Assembly: GCA_000165425.1 (NCBI GenBank)
Contig: CT868650.1
Span: forward strand, 248,001 to 312,000
Length of the DNA stretch: 64,000 nt
DNA from: Paramecium tetraurelia
Lineage: Eukaryota
Direction of reading: 5' to 3'
The notes below the pieces were generated by a model that did no database searches, had not been told where the DNA came from, and saw nothing but the letters and a program-made list of their open reading frames with translations. This document shows, one piece after another, positions 1 to 10,936 of the stretch (its first letter is position 1; each line of letters starts with the position of its first letter). The position numbers were made by a program, and so were the translations under genes.

Positions 1-323
1 AATTGATTTATTGTATTACTGCTGCGTTCTCGAAAGCCGATGAAAATTAAATTCAAGACTTGACCAAAATCTAATTGACTGATTGCTTGGTTACTTATGT
101 TGCAGATTTACCTCAAGAACTATTGGATTTAGAGCTTTGTTAAAAAATATTTCGAATATTGCAATCCATAATACATTTGCAAAATTAGGAATCATAAGAA
201 GATAATTATGAATTGGAGAAATTGAAAAACAATACTATGTTTATCATGAGATGCAATCATATCTTTGGATTAAATAAAGATTACTATTGTGAAACCCTGT
301 TAAATATTCTGTTTGAAATGTGA
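1..323 (+). CDS. 3' end of a gene running in from the left; helical, possibly ARM/importin-alpha-like C-terminus
   Basis: Frame from position 3 is open under the ciliate code: LIYCITAAFSKADENQIQDL...CETLLNILFEM, TGA at 321-323. The family call is only a resemblance. Confidence 0.55.
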
Positions 324-518
324 AATAAAATCGAACAAATTTTGATAATTAATTTTATACCAATAACTCATAAAACTAGAGAATTTACTCTTTTATTACA
401 TACAAATCTAAATACCCTATCATGCATATAATATTATATAAAAATTGATATAAAATTGGATCATAAATTATAAAGAGTATTTCAATAATCTTTCCAAATA
501 AATCATTAAAATATGTAA

Positions 519-1663
519 TCAATAAAAATTATAAGAGCTGTATTATGTTTAATATCTATCATAAACATCAGTTACAATAGATTCCATCTTCCTTAAGATG
601 TCATTGTTACTCTAACTAGATTTATTTAGTTCCGATTCCACTTCTGTTAAAGACTTATTAAACTTAAGAAAAGATTAACCTATCCTCTTACGATACTACG
701 GGGTTTTGAACCTCTTATCAACCTACCCACTTTAATTTTCATAGAAGTTTATCATTGTTTATAGTTTTTTTGTTCTTTCAATGGAAGATCTTTCAGCATT
801 GCTGTTCACATTCTCTTTAAGCACAGTTTTTTAATTTTCTGAATGTGATTACTATTGAATTTCTTTTTTCTAAGATCTTAATTAAAGAGTCTCACTAATG
901 AAACAGGTTTGGGGTCTTCCTCTTTGATGATTTGGTGTATATTGAGGATTAATTGACAGTTTGTTTTCTTTTTTGTTCATTTACTCTTAGATTGGCTTAT
1001 ATTTTGCAATACAGTGTAATTTCATATTCTTAATGAATTCATTGGTCTTATTTTAATATTTTGAATAATATTTAGAGACTGTGAGTTTGATTGAATTCTA
1101 ATTTTTAGAAAGTAAGCCATTCTCAACCAAGGTGTCAAGATTATATGTACCATTGCCTAATTATGATGCAGTAGATTTGGGGTCAGTTACGAAGTTCTAT
1201 ATGGATTAAGTAAGAAAAGTATTGTCAAGCACTCTTTTCATTGGAGCAGCGGTACTCAATGATGAGATGTTCTTGGTTGAATATGTTGAGAAGGAGAGTC
1301 TTTTCTAAGCCTTTTTAGCGGGATCATAATTCAATTGTTTCTATAACCATTCCTCTTCGTTCTTCGTTTTTGTATTATTAAATTCCATTTATATTTAATC
1401 GATTAACTTCACATCATTCAATACATTAGATTCAACAATTTTTTGTCTGACATCAATAAATGTATTGAGCTCTTTCATATTTTTTAGTTTATCATTAAAT
1501 CTCTAATCAACTCGTTATTTTCTATTCTACAATCTAATTTATTTAATCATTACTTAAGTCTCTTTTGTGATTTATCTAGTAACTTTGAAGTAAGTTCCTA
1601 AATCTTTTATTTTCTATCTTCCTCCTCTTATATTTTTTAAAAATAATCTTTTAATCTATCCAT
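519..1663 (-). CDS. Hypothetical protein (low complexity, Ser/Lys/Gln rich)
   Basis: ATG at 1663 (MDRLKDYFQKIQERK), probable short intron near 1535-1555, ends ...ESIVTDVYDRYQTQYSSYNFY-TGA at 519. Confidence 0.6.
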
Positions 1664-1928
1664 TTACAAAAACTCTGAAACTTTTATGGACATTATTAAA
1701 TAAAATTTAATTATAATTTTTGGATCATTTTACTCTTAAAGACTATAATCTTATTTTATATTTTCAGATAATCAATTGAAGAAACTAAGTATTTCATTCA
1801 AATTATATAACATAACCTAAATTAGTTAATGAGTAAATAAAAAATGTAGTTTAAACTTTATGAAAAGATGATAAAATTAGAATATTATATATTTTATTAA
1901 TTAAATTGTTAAGCAAGATAAACAATTT

Positions 1929-4160
1929 TCAAAATTCTGCATGAACAAAAGACCAACCATGAATATGAGATGATGGTTCTAAATGTTCTTATTAAAAAAG
2001 ATTCTAACCAGTTTGTGTATTAATTCGAATCTTTCGCGTTGGTTTAGGAAGCTCCAACTCTTTGTTTTTTACCTTGTCCCAATCAACATCTTAAAAATAA
2101 GGATGTTATTTGATTTCCTTCGAGTCCCCTACTCCTGATCCCAATCTTTTGATTGGATTTCTTTGTAGAAGCTAAAAATGAAAATTATAAGATACTGATT
2201 TAATGAGGTTTCGACCTTCAGGTGAAATATAAGAGGGGATTTTGAGAATAGCATGTTCAATATTGTGAAACAGTTAATCCTTTTCATTATCATAATAAGG
2301 GGGCACTCCAACTAATAGTTCATACATGACTACTCCAAGTAAATACCAATCGACTGCCTTTCCATGTCCTTGTCTTCTAAGCATTTCAGGTGCTAAGTAA
2401 GCAACAGAACCACAAAATGATCTTGCTCCTTGACTTGCATCAAATATTCCCTCTTTTGAGAGTCCAAAATCAGTGAGCATGGCATGTCCATCTGCATCAA
2501 TAACGATATTTTCTGGCTTTAAATCTCTATATATAATATCTCTTTAATGTAGATCTTCCAAAGCAAGGATTACTTCACAAATGTAATTTTTGGCCTGAGC
2601 TTCTGGAAGTCTCTTTTTCTCTTCCAAAAGTTACCCCATATCTCCTCCTGGACAAAAATCTAAAATCATTACGAGTTTTTCTGGAGTTTGAAAGGCATAT
2701 CTTAACTTCACAATGAAAGGGTGTGAAGTTATTGATAATACATTTCTCTCAGTCTAAGCATAACGAAACAAATTGTGTTCTACATTATATTTACTAAAAC
2801 ATTACTTAATATCATGGATTTATCTAAAACCTTCATGGCATATAATTAATTTTATCTCTTTACAAGATAAACTTGACCAAAACTACCTTTACCAATTAAA
2901 CCTAGGATCTAGAATTAAGAGAGAGAAATTTCCTCTTCATCTTTTATGTTTTTACAAGATTCAGAATAATTGGTTGAGAAGGTCGTTTGTCTTTTTAATC
3001 CTTACATTTAAGTTTTAAATTATTCAAGTTATTGTAATTTGGTTTATAATTATTTGATTTTAGGAGATGGCACCTGTATTTTATCCAAGTTGTTTTATGA
3101 CTTACTTGTTTAAATTAAGTTTTTTTGTTATTTAATATTTTTCCTTTAAAACATTTTTAATATTGTTTCTGTTTATGTTGTTTGTATAATAACTTCTTTA
3201 GTTTGTTTTTCTAAACGTAAATTAAAATTTGTACTTTTTGTTTATTCTTAATAATCTTTGTAGATCTACGCTATGTCTTGATCTTCAATGTAATAATCTG
3301 GATATTTTTACTCCAGATTTTGTTACAAGACAAGATGTTATTTTTAGAGTAGAAATTCCACAATCGATTTAAAATTAAACTTACAAGCATAATGCAAAGC
3401 TGAGTTGCCATGAATATCTTGATGATTGATGTTAGCTCCAACGTTAACTAATATTTATAAGGTCTCCAACTTCCCACTATGCTATTAAATTCATTAAATA
3501 CTAATAGGCGCTCATTAGCAAGGGTGTCATTTTATCTTCATTCTAGTCATCTATTTGTATATCTTTGTACAGTAATGCCTGGGCAAGATGTGTATTACCA
3601 TTTCTGGCAGCAAAATGAAGAGCTGTGTTACCATTTAAATCTTTTGAAGAAACCGATGCATGAAGCTCCGAATTTACCTTGACTTTGGGAGATAGGTTTA
3701 CTAAGTTTGTTTAGATATTATTACAGAGATTGTGAACCAGAGTAGGTTCAAGAAATTAGAGACAAACACCTGCTCTATTACTCGAGCTTTCCTTTAAAAA
3801 TTGTTCGTTCAATTATGTCCTTAATTTATCTATCCCTTCTTATTTTGGGCTTTTAGACTCAATCGTGGGATTAAATTTGGCTGTTTCGCATTGCTTAAAC
3901 TCTTCATCCAAGGACTGTAGCTTAGACAACTTCGGCATTTTAGAAGTGAAAGGAAGATTTATATTTTAATATGTAGAAGTGGATCTATCTGTAAATAGTT
4001 TGTGTTATTGTTATTTCCCAGCAACTTATATCTTGGGAGAGGCCAAATTGGCCTTTTGCTAGGGAGTGTGAAATTTATTCGACTTGGGACTTCTATTCTC
4101 TTGGATTTGCCTTAACTTTGTTTGGTATTCATTAAGTGTTAATTTGCGGTGACCGTTCAT
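1929..4160 (-). CDS. Ankyrin-repeat plus AGC-family (RSK/S6K/Akt-like) Ser/Thr kinase
   Basis: Starts [12 protein letters not shown]. Ankyrin motifs [11 protein letters not shown] and TPLLMSAY. Kinase motifs [35 protein letters not shown]-type tail ...[12 protein letters not shown]. Confidence 0.9.
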
Positions 4161-4389
4161 TATTCCGAAAGGTTTTAAAATAATTAAAATATTTTTTGAA
4201 TCTCATTTCGTTGTTTGGATATAATATAATTTAAGGGCAGTGCTAATTTTAAGTATATTAAAACATAATTGCAATTAAATAATTACGATAATAAATGTTA
4301 TTTATATATGATACAAATATATATATATATCGTCTAAAATAATAATTAAATATATATAAAGATATTAGTATATTAATAATAAATAAACA

Positions 4390-5333
4390 ATGAATTCAAA
4401 TTTAGGTTTTTCTTAACAAATTAAATTATTTTATTTAATGAAAGTAGTTCAAAATCCAACACAATATTTCTTTGAATAATCAAACAATCCACCAACTGAA
4501 TATTTATCAAAGATCAATGAATTTGTCAGCAAATTGCTTAATCAAAGATAATGCATTTTATGCAAGAATGATTACAATATGAAAGACAGGTTGCCAAGAA
4601 TATTGATTCATTGTGGACATACAATTTGCACAGCTTGTCTCACCAATTTTTACAGGTACCAACGAATTTTTATAATTTTTGTAGAAATAGAAGAGTAAGA
4701 TGTCCGCTCTGTTTAAAATTAATTAAGCATCTTGATTCAGTTGATAGATTACCAGTAAAAGATTGATATTAATGATAGATTAATCATACTATTTTCACTA
4801 GAATGGCTGACGATATAAACAATAAGAGCAAATAACATGGGGGAACAGAAGTCATAGATCCACAATAATATTTATTTACACAATTCCAATAATCAGCATT
4901 ATAATCACAAAAGGCACGTTAATAACAATAAAATGCATATCCTTAAGTGGATCCAGATTCAGGATTGGAGTTTTGTGAGTTTCATAATGATAGAGTGAAA
5001 CATTTCTTTTGTATGAAACATAAGGTGACCTGTTGCAGAGTGTGTTCAGAGATGATTCATTCAAAGAAAGTATAAATGAGTATAATTTGAATAGGATTGC
5101 ATTGTGGTGGATTTATATGAAATTGAAGATGTGCCTTAGTTTTTGAAGGAAGCTTACAAATTGAATGAGGATAATGCATAATAGTAAAATCAAAGAAGAG
5201 AAGATATGGGTTTCATTTAGGATGGAGAAGGAAGTATAATTGATTTGTTAAGCATTTAGATGATGGTGACAACTAGTTTAATGATGATGATTTGGAAGAT
5301 GAATTTGAGGGAAACAGCGTTCAGAGCATATGA
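4390..5333 (+). CDS. RING finger plus B-box zinc-finger protein (TRIM-like E3 ligase)
   Basis: RING: CILCKNDY...PRILIHCGHTICTAC...CPLC. B-box: CEFHNDRVKHFFCMKHKVTCCRVC...H. Acidic tail and several ~25-nt introns. Confidence 0.85.
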
Positions 5334-5352
5334 ATATTTTAAATATTAATAG

Positions 5353-6027
5353 TCATTTATATCTATAGTTTTGAATCTATTGAATTCTCCTTCTTTTTGA
5401 TTCTTCAATGATATCAAATGTGTAAACAGGTTGATGCTCATTTTGTGAATTATAGATTCTAGAATTATAAAATTAAGAACTATTAAAAGGCTGAGAGAAT
5501 CCTTGATATCCTTAATGATGTTAGTTGTCTATCATTACATGTCTTTGTTAAATTGGAATTTGAGATTCATTGTAACGGTCTTATTATTAATTGTAATTGT
5601 AATTGGGAGGTTATCTTTGAAATTGCTGTTGATTTTAATTTAATTGAGGTTTAGGTTATGTTTAGGGTTACCTATTTTGTTAGTATTGATTGTAACAAAA
5701 CATAGCTCTAATTATGTGTAAATATATACTAACCCTTTGTCACTCATAAGGAGATTTTTGATAAAGGAATCGAGCAATGTATTTTATTGAGGCAGCTTTT
5801 CTAATTGGCAATCTTAATTAACAGTTTGATTAATGGCTGGATAGGTCTTACCAAGAGTCTTGCACAATCTGAATTATTATTGATTTAATTTACACTTCAT
5901 CATAGAGTTTCATTCTTTCATCTATGCACTGAGATTATCTGATTTTTGGATCTTAACAGAATATTTAGGCTGTTTGTTTCATAACTAGTTTTAGAATGGA
6001 AAATCAATTACATTGTTATTGATTCAT
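5353..6027 (-). CDS. Hypothetical Asn/Gln-rich protein
   Basis: ATG at 6027 followed by a GT..TAG intron; ends ...FDIIEESKRRRIQQIQNYRYK-TGA at 5353. Confidence 0.55.
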
Positions 6028-6052
6028 TTTATCAAATTTTATTATTATTTTT

Positions 6053-6751
6053 ATGGCTCATAAACTATCATAAAATTGGGTATTTTGGTATGCTCCTAGA
6101 GGCAGAAAAGCTATTGCAGGTTCAGACCATTATGATGTAAATTTAAAAGAAATTGGGGAATTCAATACAGTTGAAGAGTTTTACACATACTATTGTTTCT
6201 TAGGCAGACCTAGCGAAGTAAGCATTGAAAATAACTATTAGATTGAAATTGATAACAAAATAATGTTGTTTAGGAAAGGTCATAAACCAATGTGGGAAGA
6301 GTGTTTGGAAGGAGGCACTTGGATTATTCATTTTAAGAAAAGAGAGAATGAATTATTGAATAGGAAATGGGAAGCCTTGTTATTAGGTATCATTTATTAA
6401 GTAATTGAAAGCATGCATAGGAGAAGAATTCGATGATGACAATGTAATTGGTGTAGTTTTGTCCATTAGAGAAAGAAGAAATTTATTGGAAATATGGTTA
6501 AAAGACAGAAAAGAGAGTGAGAAGTTAAGGATTGGAGAGAAACTAAGAGTGGCTTTGGAAATGGATCCAAACAATCTTACCTTCTTCTTCAAAGAACACA
6601 GCAAGAGCTTGAATGTATAATTGGAACTATGAATTAGGATAAATCAACTATGAAAGGAGCTGAATCTTACACTTTTGTAAAAACTCCACTTGAAACTCCA
6701 TAGACTGAACCAAAAGGACAACACCCAGATCTTGATCAGTTTAAATTATGA
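6053..6751 (+). CDS. eIF4E: Translation initiation factor eIF4E family protein
   Basis: HKLSQNWVFWY...FNTVEEFY...LFRKGHKPMWEE...GGTW...CIGEEF...VIGVVLSIR...LEIW motifs; three short introns. Confidence 0.9.
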
Positions 6752-6907
6752 TTAATTATTTGCACAAATATATTGGTTACGAATTTATTAATGAATCGAT
6801 TTGTCTATCCAGTATGCACTTCAAAAGCGAATTTTTGATGAGATTTATTTATATGATTTATAATTATTTAAGAATTATATTCCAATTTAGGTTTCTATTT
6901 TTATACT

Positions 6908-7404
6908 ATGGAGATTCATTCTGAGTACGTGTTTAACTTTGATTGGGAAACTGATGTTAAAGGATTCTGGAGGAAATACCCTTGCAAAGAATTCTATTTC
7001 ATCAAGTTTAACTAGGTTGTCGACATGGTTCCAAATGATAACAATATAATTTAAGTTAACCGAAGGACTTAAATATTAAGGTATATGCACGTTAATTCGG
7101 AATTTGGTTTTTAACCTTGAAGCAGATCACTTTTGATCTTGAAAATATGAGTATGGAATGGAAAAAAAGTTACTTAAGACATGTAAATTTTACCAAATCT
7201 TACAGGGGATGAATGCATTATTTATAGAGCGATAGATAATTAAAAAACTCAATATTCTGTATCTTATTATATTTAATGTAGAAACTATTATCAAATTTTC
7301 ATTAATCATTTTGAAACAAATTATTATCCTAATTCTACAATTCTTTTAGGATTGGCATAGAAGTTGTAGAAGCCAGATGCCGAGATCTATAATATAAGAA
7401 ATGA
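6908..7404 (+). pseudogene. PRELI/MSF1-like lipid-transfer gene with frame disruptions (pseudogene or assembly errors)
   Basis: MEIHSEYVFNFDWETDVKGFWRKYP matches the PRELI N-terminus. Downstream homologous blocks lie in different frames with no usable GT-AG introns. Confidence 0.55.
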
Positions 7405-7451
7405 TTAATATTAGAGTTTAGCTATTAATCAATATATATTTTTGAATAATT

Positions 7452-10400
7452 ATGATGAAATACCAGAATCAATAAATTCACTAAAACAATGATCATTTGA
7501 CAGTAAACTCTAACTTATCCAACAAACTCTCAAAATAAACCCAATTTAAACAAAACCAATAATAGCAAGATGAAGAGGATCAGCCCTCACTATACCTAAG
7601 CAAACAATATGACCATTCAAAACCCACATTTCTAAGGACTTTTCCCCAGTAACCAGTCGATTGTTAAGGAAGTGAAGATTTGCTGGCACCTACCATCCTT
7701 TCCAATATACTCTCTGCGGAACAAATAGTTTTTAAGTCAGATCATAAGAAACACTAATAACTAAACCATGGTTACGAGACCTCAAACATATCCTCTTCGT
7801 AAAACTCTGTAATAAATATCATATTTATCTATTTTATAGATGAGGTCTATTTTGGAAAGTAGAAAATGCAAATAAATCAATTAGGAAAAAGTAAAAATGA
7901 TCATAAACTAAATTAAAGTCAAATTGTTGAATTTAATACATTACTCAAAATATAATGACCCTTTATTAACAAAAGAATATTAGGAATGTAAAAATCTTTT
8001 TAATACTTTAGTGTCACCTTTTAAATATCATTACTTCACCATGTACATCTTTCTATCAACCACCATTTCGAATCTTCTGGCCTCAATTTTAATTCCCTTA
8101 ACACAATTCTTTGAGATTTCCTTACTATTTTAAATATTGTCTCAAATAATATTTGGATTTAACTTGATCACCATTTTATAAGATTTATTTTTTCAAAGAG
8201 GTCCTTACAAAATGTGTCGAGGGATCATCAAGGTCAACTATTCAGACGAATCAAAAAAACTACTAGATACGACTCGAATGCTACTTTTAATATTCAATAA
8301 CTTCTTTTAAATAGATCCCAATGTAAAATTGTTGACTATTTTACTAATGATGCTCCTCTCATTGTGGAGGTAGAATGAAAGTTTTGAAAACATATATCGG
8401 TCTACTCATCACTTCATTTTCATTTGTTAACTCTGGATTACAGTGATAGTGTCCTTTGTCTGCACTTACCAAGGTATTATGATTGAATAACTAGAGTTTT
8501 TATTTTGGATGAAGACATGCCTTTATCCTACAGTATTGTATTGGCAATCTCCTTTCTTACTCACTGTTCGAACATTTGTAAGATTATTACACTTATACAC
8601 TTTTAGCGATCGAGATTTCCAATCAAAACTCAGTCTTAATATCAATTTATATGATTCTATCGTATCTAAGTCTTGCCTACACTTCAATGATATTTTACAT
8701 TTGGTTGAAACCAGACATAGAGATACAAGAGGAGAAGCAGAAATTGCTTAAAGGATTCGTTGAAAGATTTAGATAGAAATGTGAGAATGATGATCTCCTT
8801 AGGAGGTGTTACTCTTACCTTGAATTTCGAATAGATGTACATGAATTATTTCAACTTTAAAGGAAGATCTTAACAAAGCCAAAGATCAACTAACAAAAAA
8901 GCTGAGTCCAGATTTAGAAGATGAAATAGAACTATCCTTAAGGTCTATTATGATCGAAAAAATAGAATTAATGAATAGGTTTTCTCCACATTTTAAATAG
9001 TAACTATTATATGAAATAGAATAAGTGCAATTTAATCCAGAGGACAACATCATAATAGTATTAATATTATTAGTAACAAAAGGAACATTAAGCAGATGAT
9101 TTAGGATTGTTCTACATCTTGAAAGGATAAGTGAAAGTGCGATTTTAAGGGTCCTCCTTTGGGACCAGTAAGAGAGAAGTGACTACCTTATCAGAAGGGT
9201 AGACATTTGGACAGTACTCCTTTATTACTGGAAATCCATCGAATATCAGCATTTTCAGCTCAGGATCAACTATTTTAATGAAATTGAAGAGATCCGATTT
9301 CACTTCCATAATATCCAACTATCCTACTGATAATGAAATCTTTTGCACCATGAAGGACAATGCATTCTACAATCAGAAAATGTTCGAATGTTACTATTGC
9401 AAAATCAGAGGGCATTACATTGTGGAATGCAAACACATTCAGTATTTCCCCTAGAGATTAAACACCATAGAGAAACACTTATATACAGAGAAGTAGCAGA
9501 GAAGAAGTTGGAACAGAAAATTGCGTAAGTATTTTGCCTGGTAAGATCTAAGTTTAAATTAAGATAAAGCTAAACAATATGCTAACAAACAAAGTTAAGA
9601 ATAGATCTCTGATGAATTACCAGAAATCTCATAATTGCCTTATTCAGAAAGTACTTATCTTTAATAATCATAGATTAAACATATTAGTCGGTGAGTTTTG
9701 TTAGTAATTCTATGGGTCCGAAGAACTTGAGTCCCGAGTAATATCAATCTTACAGCAATGTAGAGAGTTGTGAATAATTTAATATAGACCAAGACATCTA
9801 AGATGAGTAAACTATCCCTTTCCAAGAACATTAGGTTAAGAGTAGTATTCGTAAGAATTCAAATAAGGCAACATTGAAAACAGCTGGATTTGCTATAGAA
9901 CCAAACATGATGAATAATTTATCAATGGCTGATAAGGATGATAAGGAAATCATAAATCAATTGGAGCATCAAATGAACAAAGAAAAAACAATTCTATATC
10001 AGACCTCCAGGAATTACAATACAAACAAATTGACTTTTCAGTTTTAGAAGGAATAATCATAATAAATTCATAGGGAAGATATCATCAAAACTGACTCATT
10101 TTAATAACAACAACAGTCATTGGCAATTTACTAATAACAATAAGCTTCAAATCTCAAGTAGTCTATCAGGTAGACTTCTAATAGATCTAACACTTATTCT
10201 AATTCAATTTCGAAAGATATTTCAAACAATCCATCTTCCAATTCTAGATAAAATAGGTCTTAAAGATAATCTATGCAATCAAGTCAAGATAGAGTGATGG
10301 AACAAACAGGGACCAGAAAATTGAATAGTTCTAAGTCTCTCACTAATGAGTAAAATAGAATCAATAATAACAAGAGTTTGAAGTCTTGTACTAAGAGCAC

Positions 10401-10697
10401 TCCTAATCAAATGTCATAGTTTTAAGCTTTGACAAGTCCTGAGGTACAATTTATTTATAAGATTAGAACCAAGGGTATTACTTAAATGATGTATTATTTA
10501 ATAAATTCGAAAAAATGTGCGAATATAAGATTTACAATCCGCATAATAATTATAGTTAGGTAATAAACAGATATAAAAAATACATTGAATCGCAGAGTTA
10601 CAATAATTTTTGCAGGAAGAAACATTTGCCAAGTTCATCCTATTCTATAAGATGTTTTGTGGTATCAAAAATTAGAAGAGTGAAGAAATTAGTTTGA
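7452..10697 (+). CDS. Cyclic-nucleotide-binding-domain cation-channel-like protein (KCNH/CNG type) with degenerate pore
   Basis: Several hydrophobic segments (8040-8710), C-linker, cNMP domain (LFYILKGQVKV...LSEGQTFGQYSFITG), then CYYCKIRGHYIVEC knuckle, long Q-rich tail, TGA at 10695. Confidence 0.8.
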
Positions 10698-10936
10698 ACT
10701 TCAAATTTATTTGATTGCTTTATATATATTTATTAATTTCAAAAGTTGGTGTAAAATTATTTTGGTCTTAAATTACTCTTAATTGGGTTTGGCTGCATTA
10801 TTGAAAATTATTGATGAATTATTCACTATCACATTTTAAGGTGATGTTTATTAAATTCGTCATTATGTATTTTTTGAACTTTTATATTTGAATTTTTGAA
10901 AATGCTTTATAGATAAATATAAAATTAATTATATTT

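Noticed and set aside
6908..7404. Retained germline IES as the cause of the frameshifts
   Set aside because: I found no TA-bounded insert with IES-like ends whose removal restores the frame; the defects look like small indels.
10730..10910. Short open stretches between the channel and HK-like genes
   Set aside because: No convincing start, homology or intron structure.
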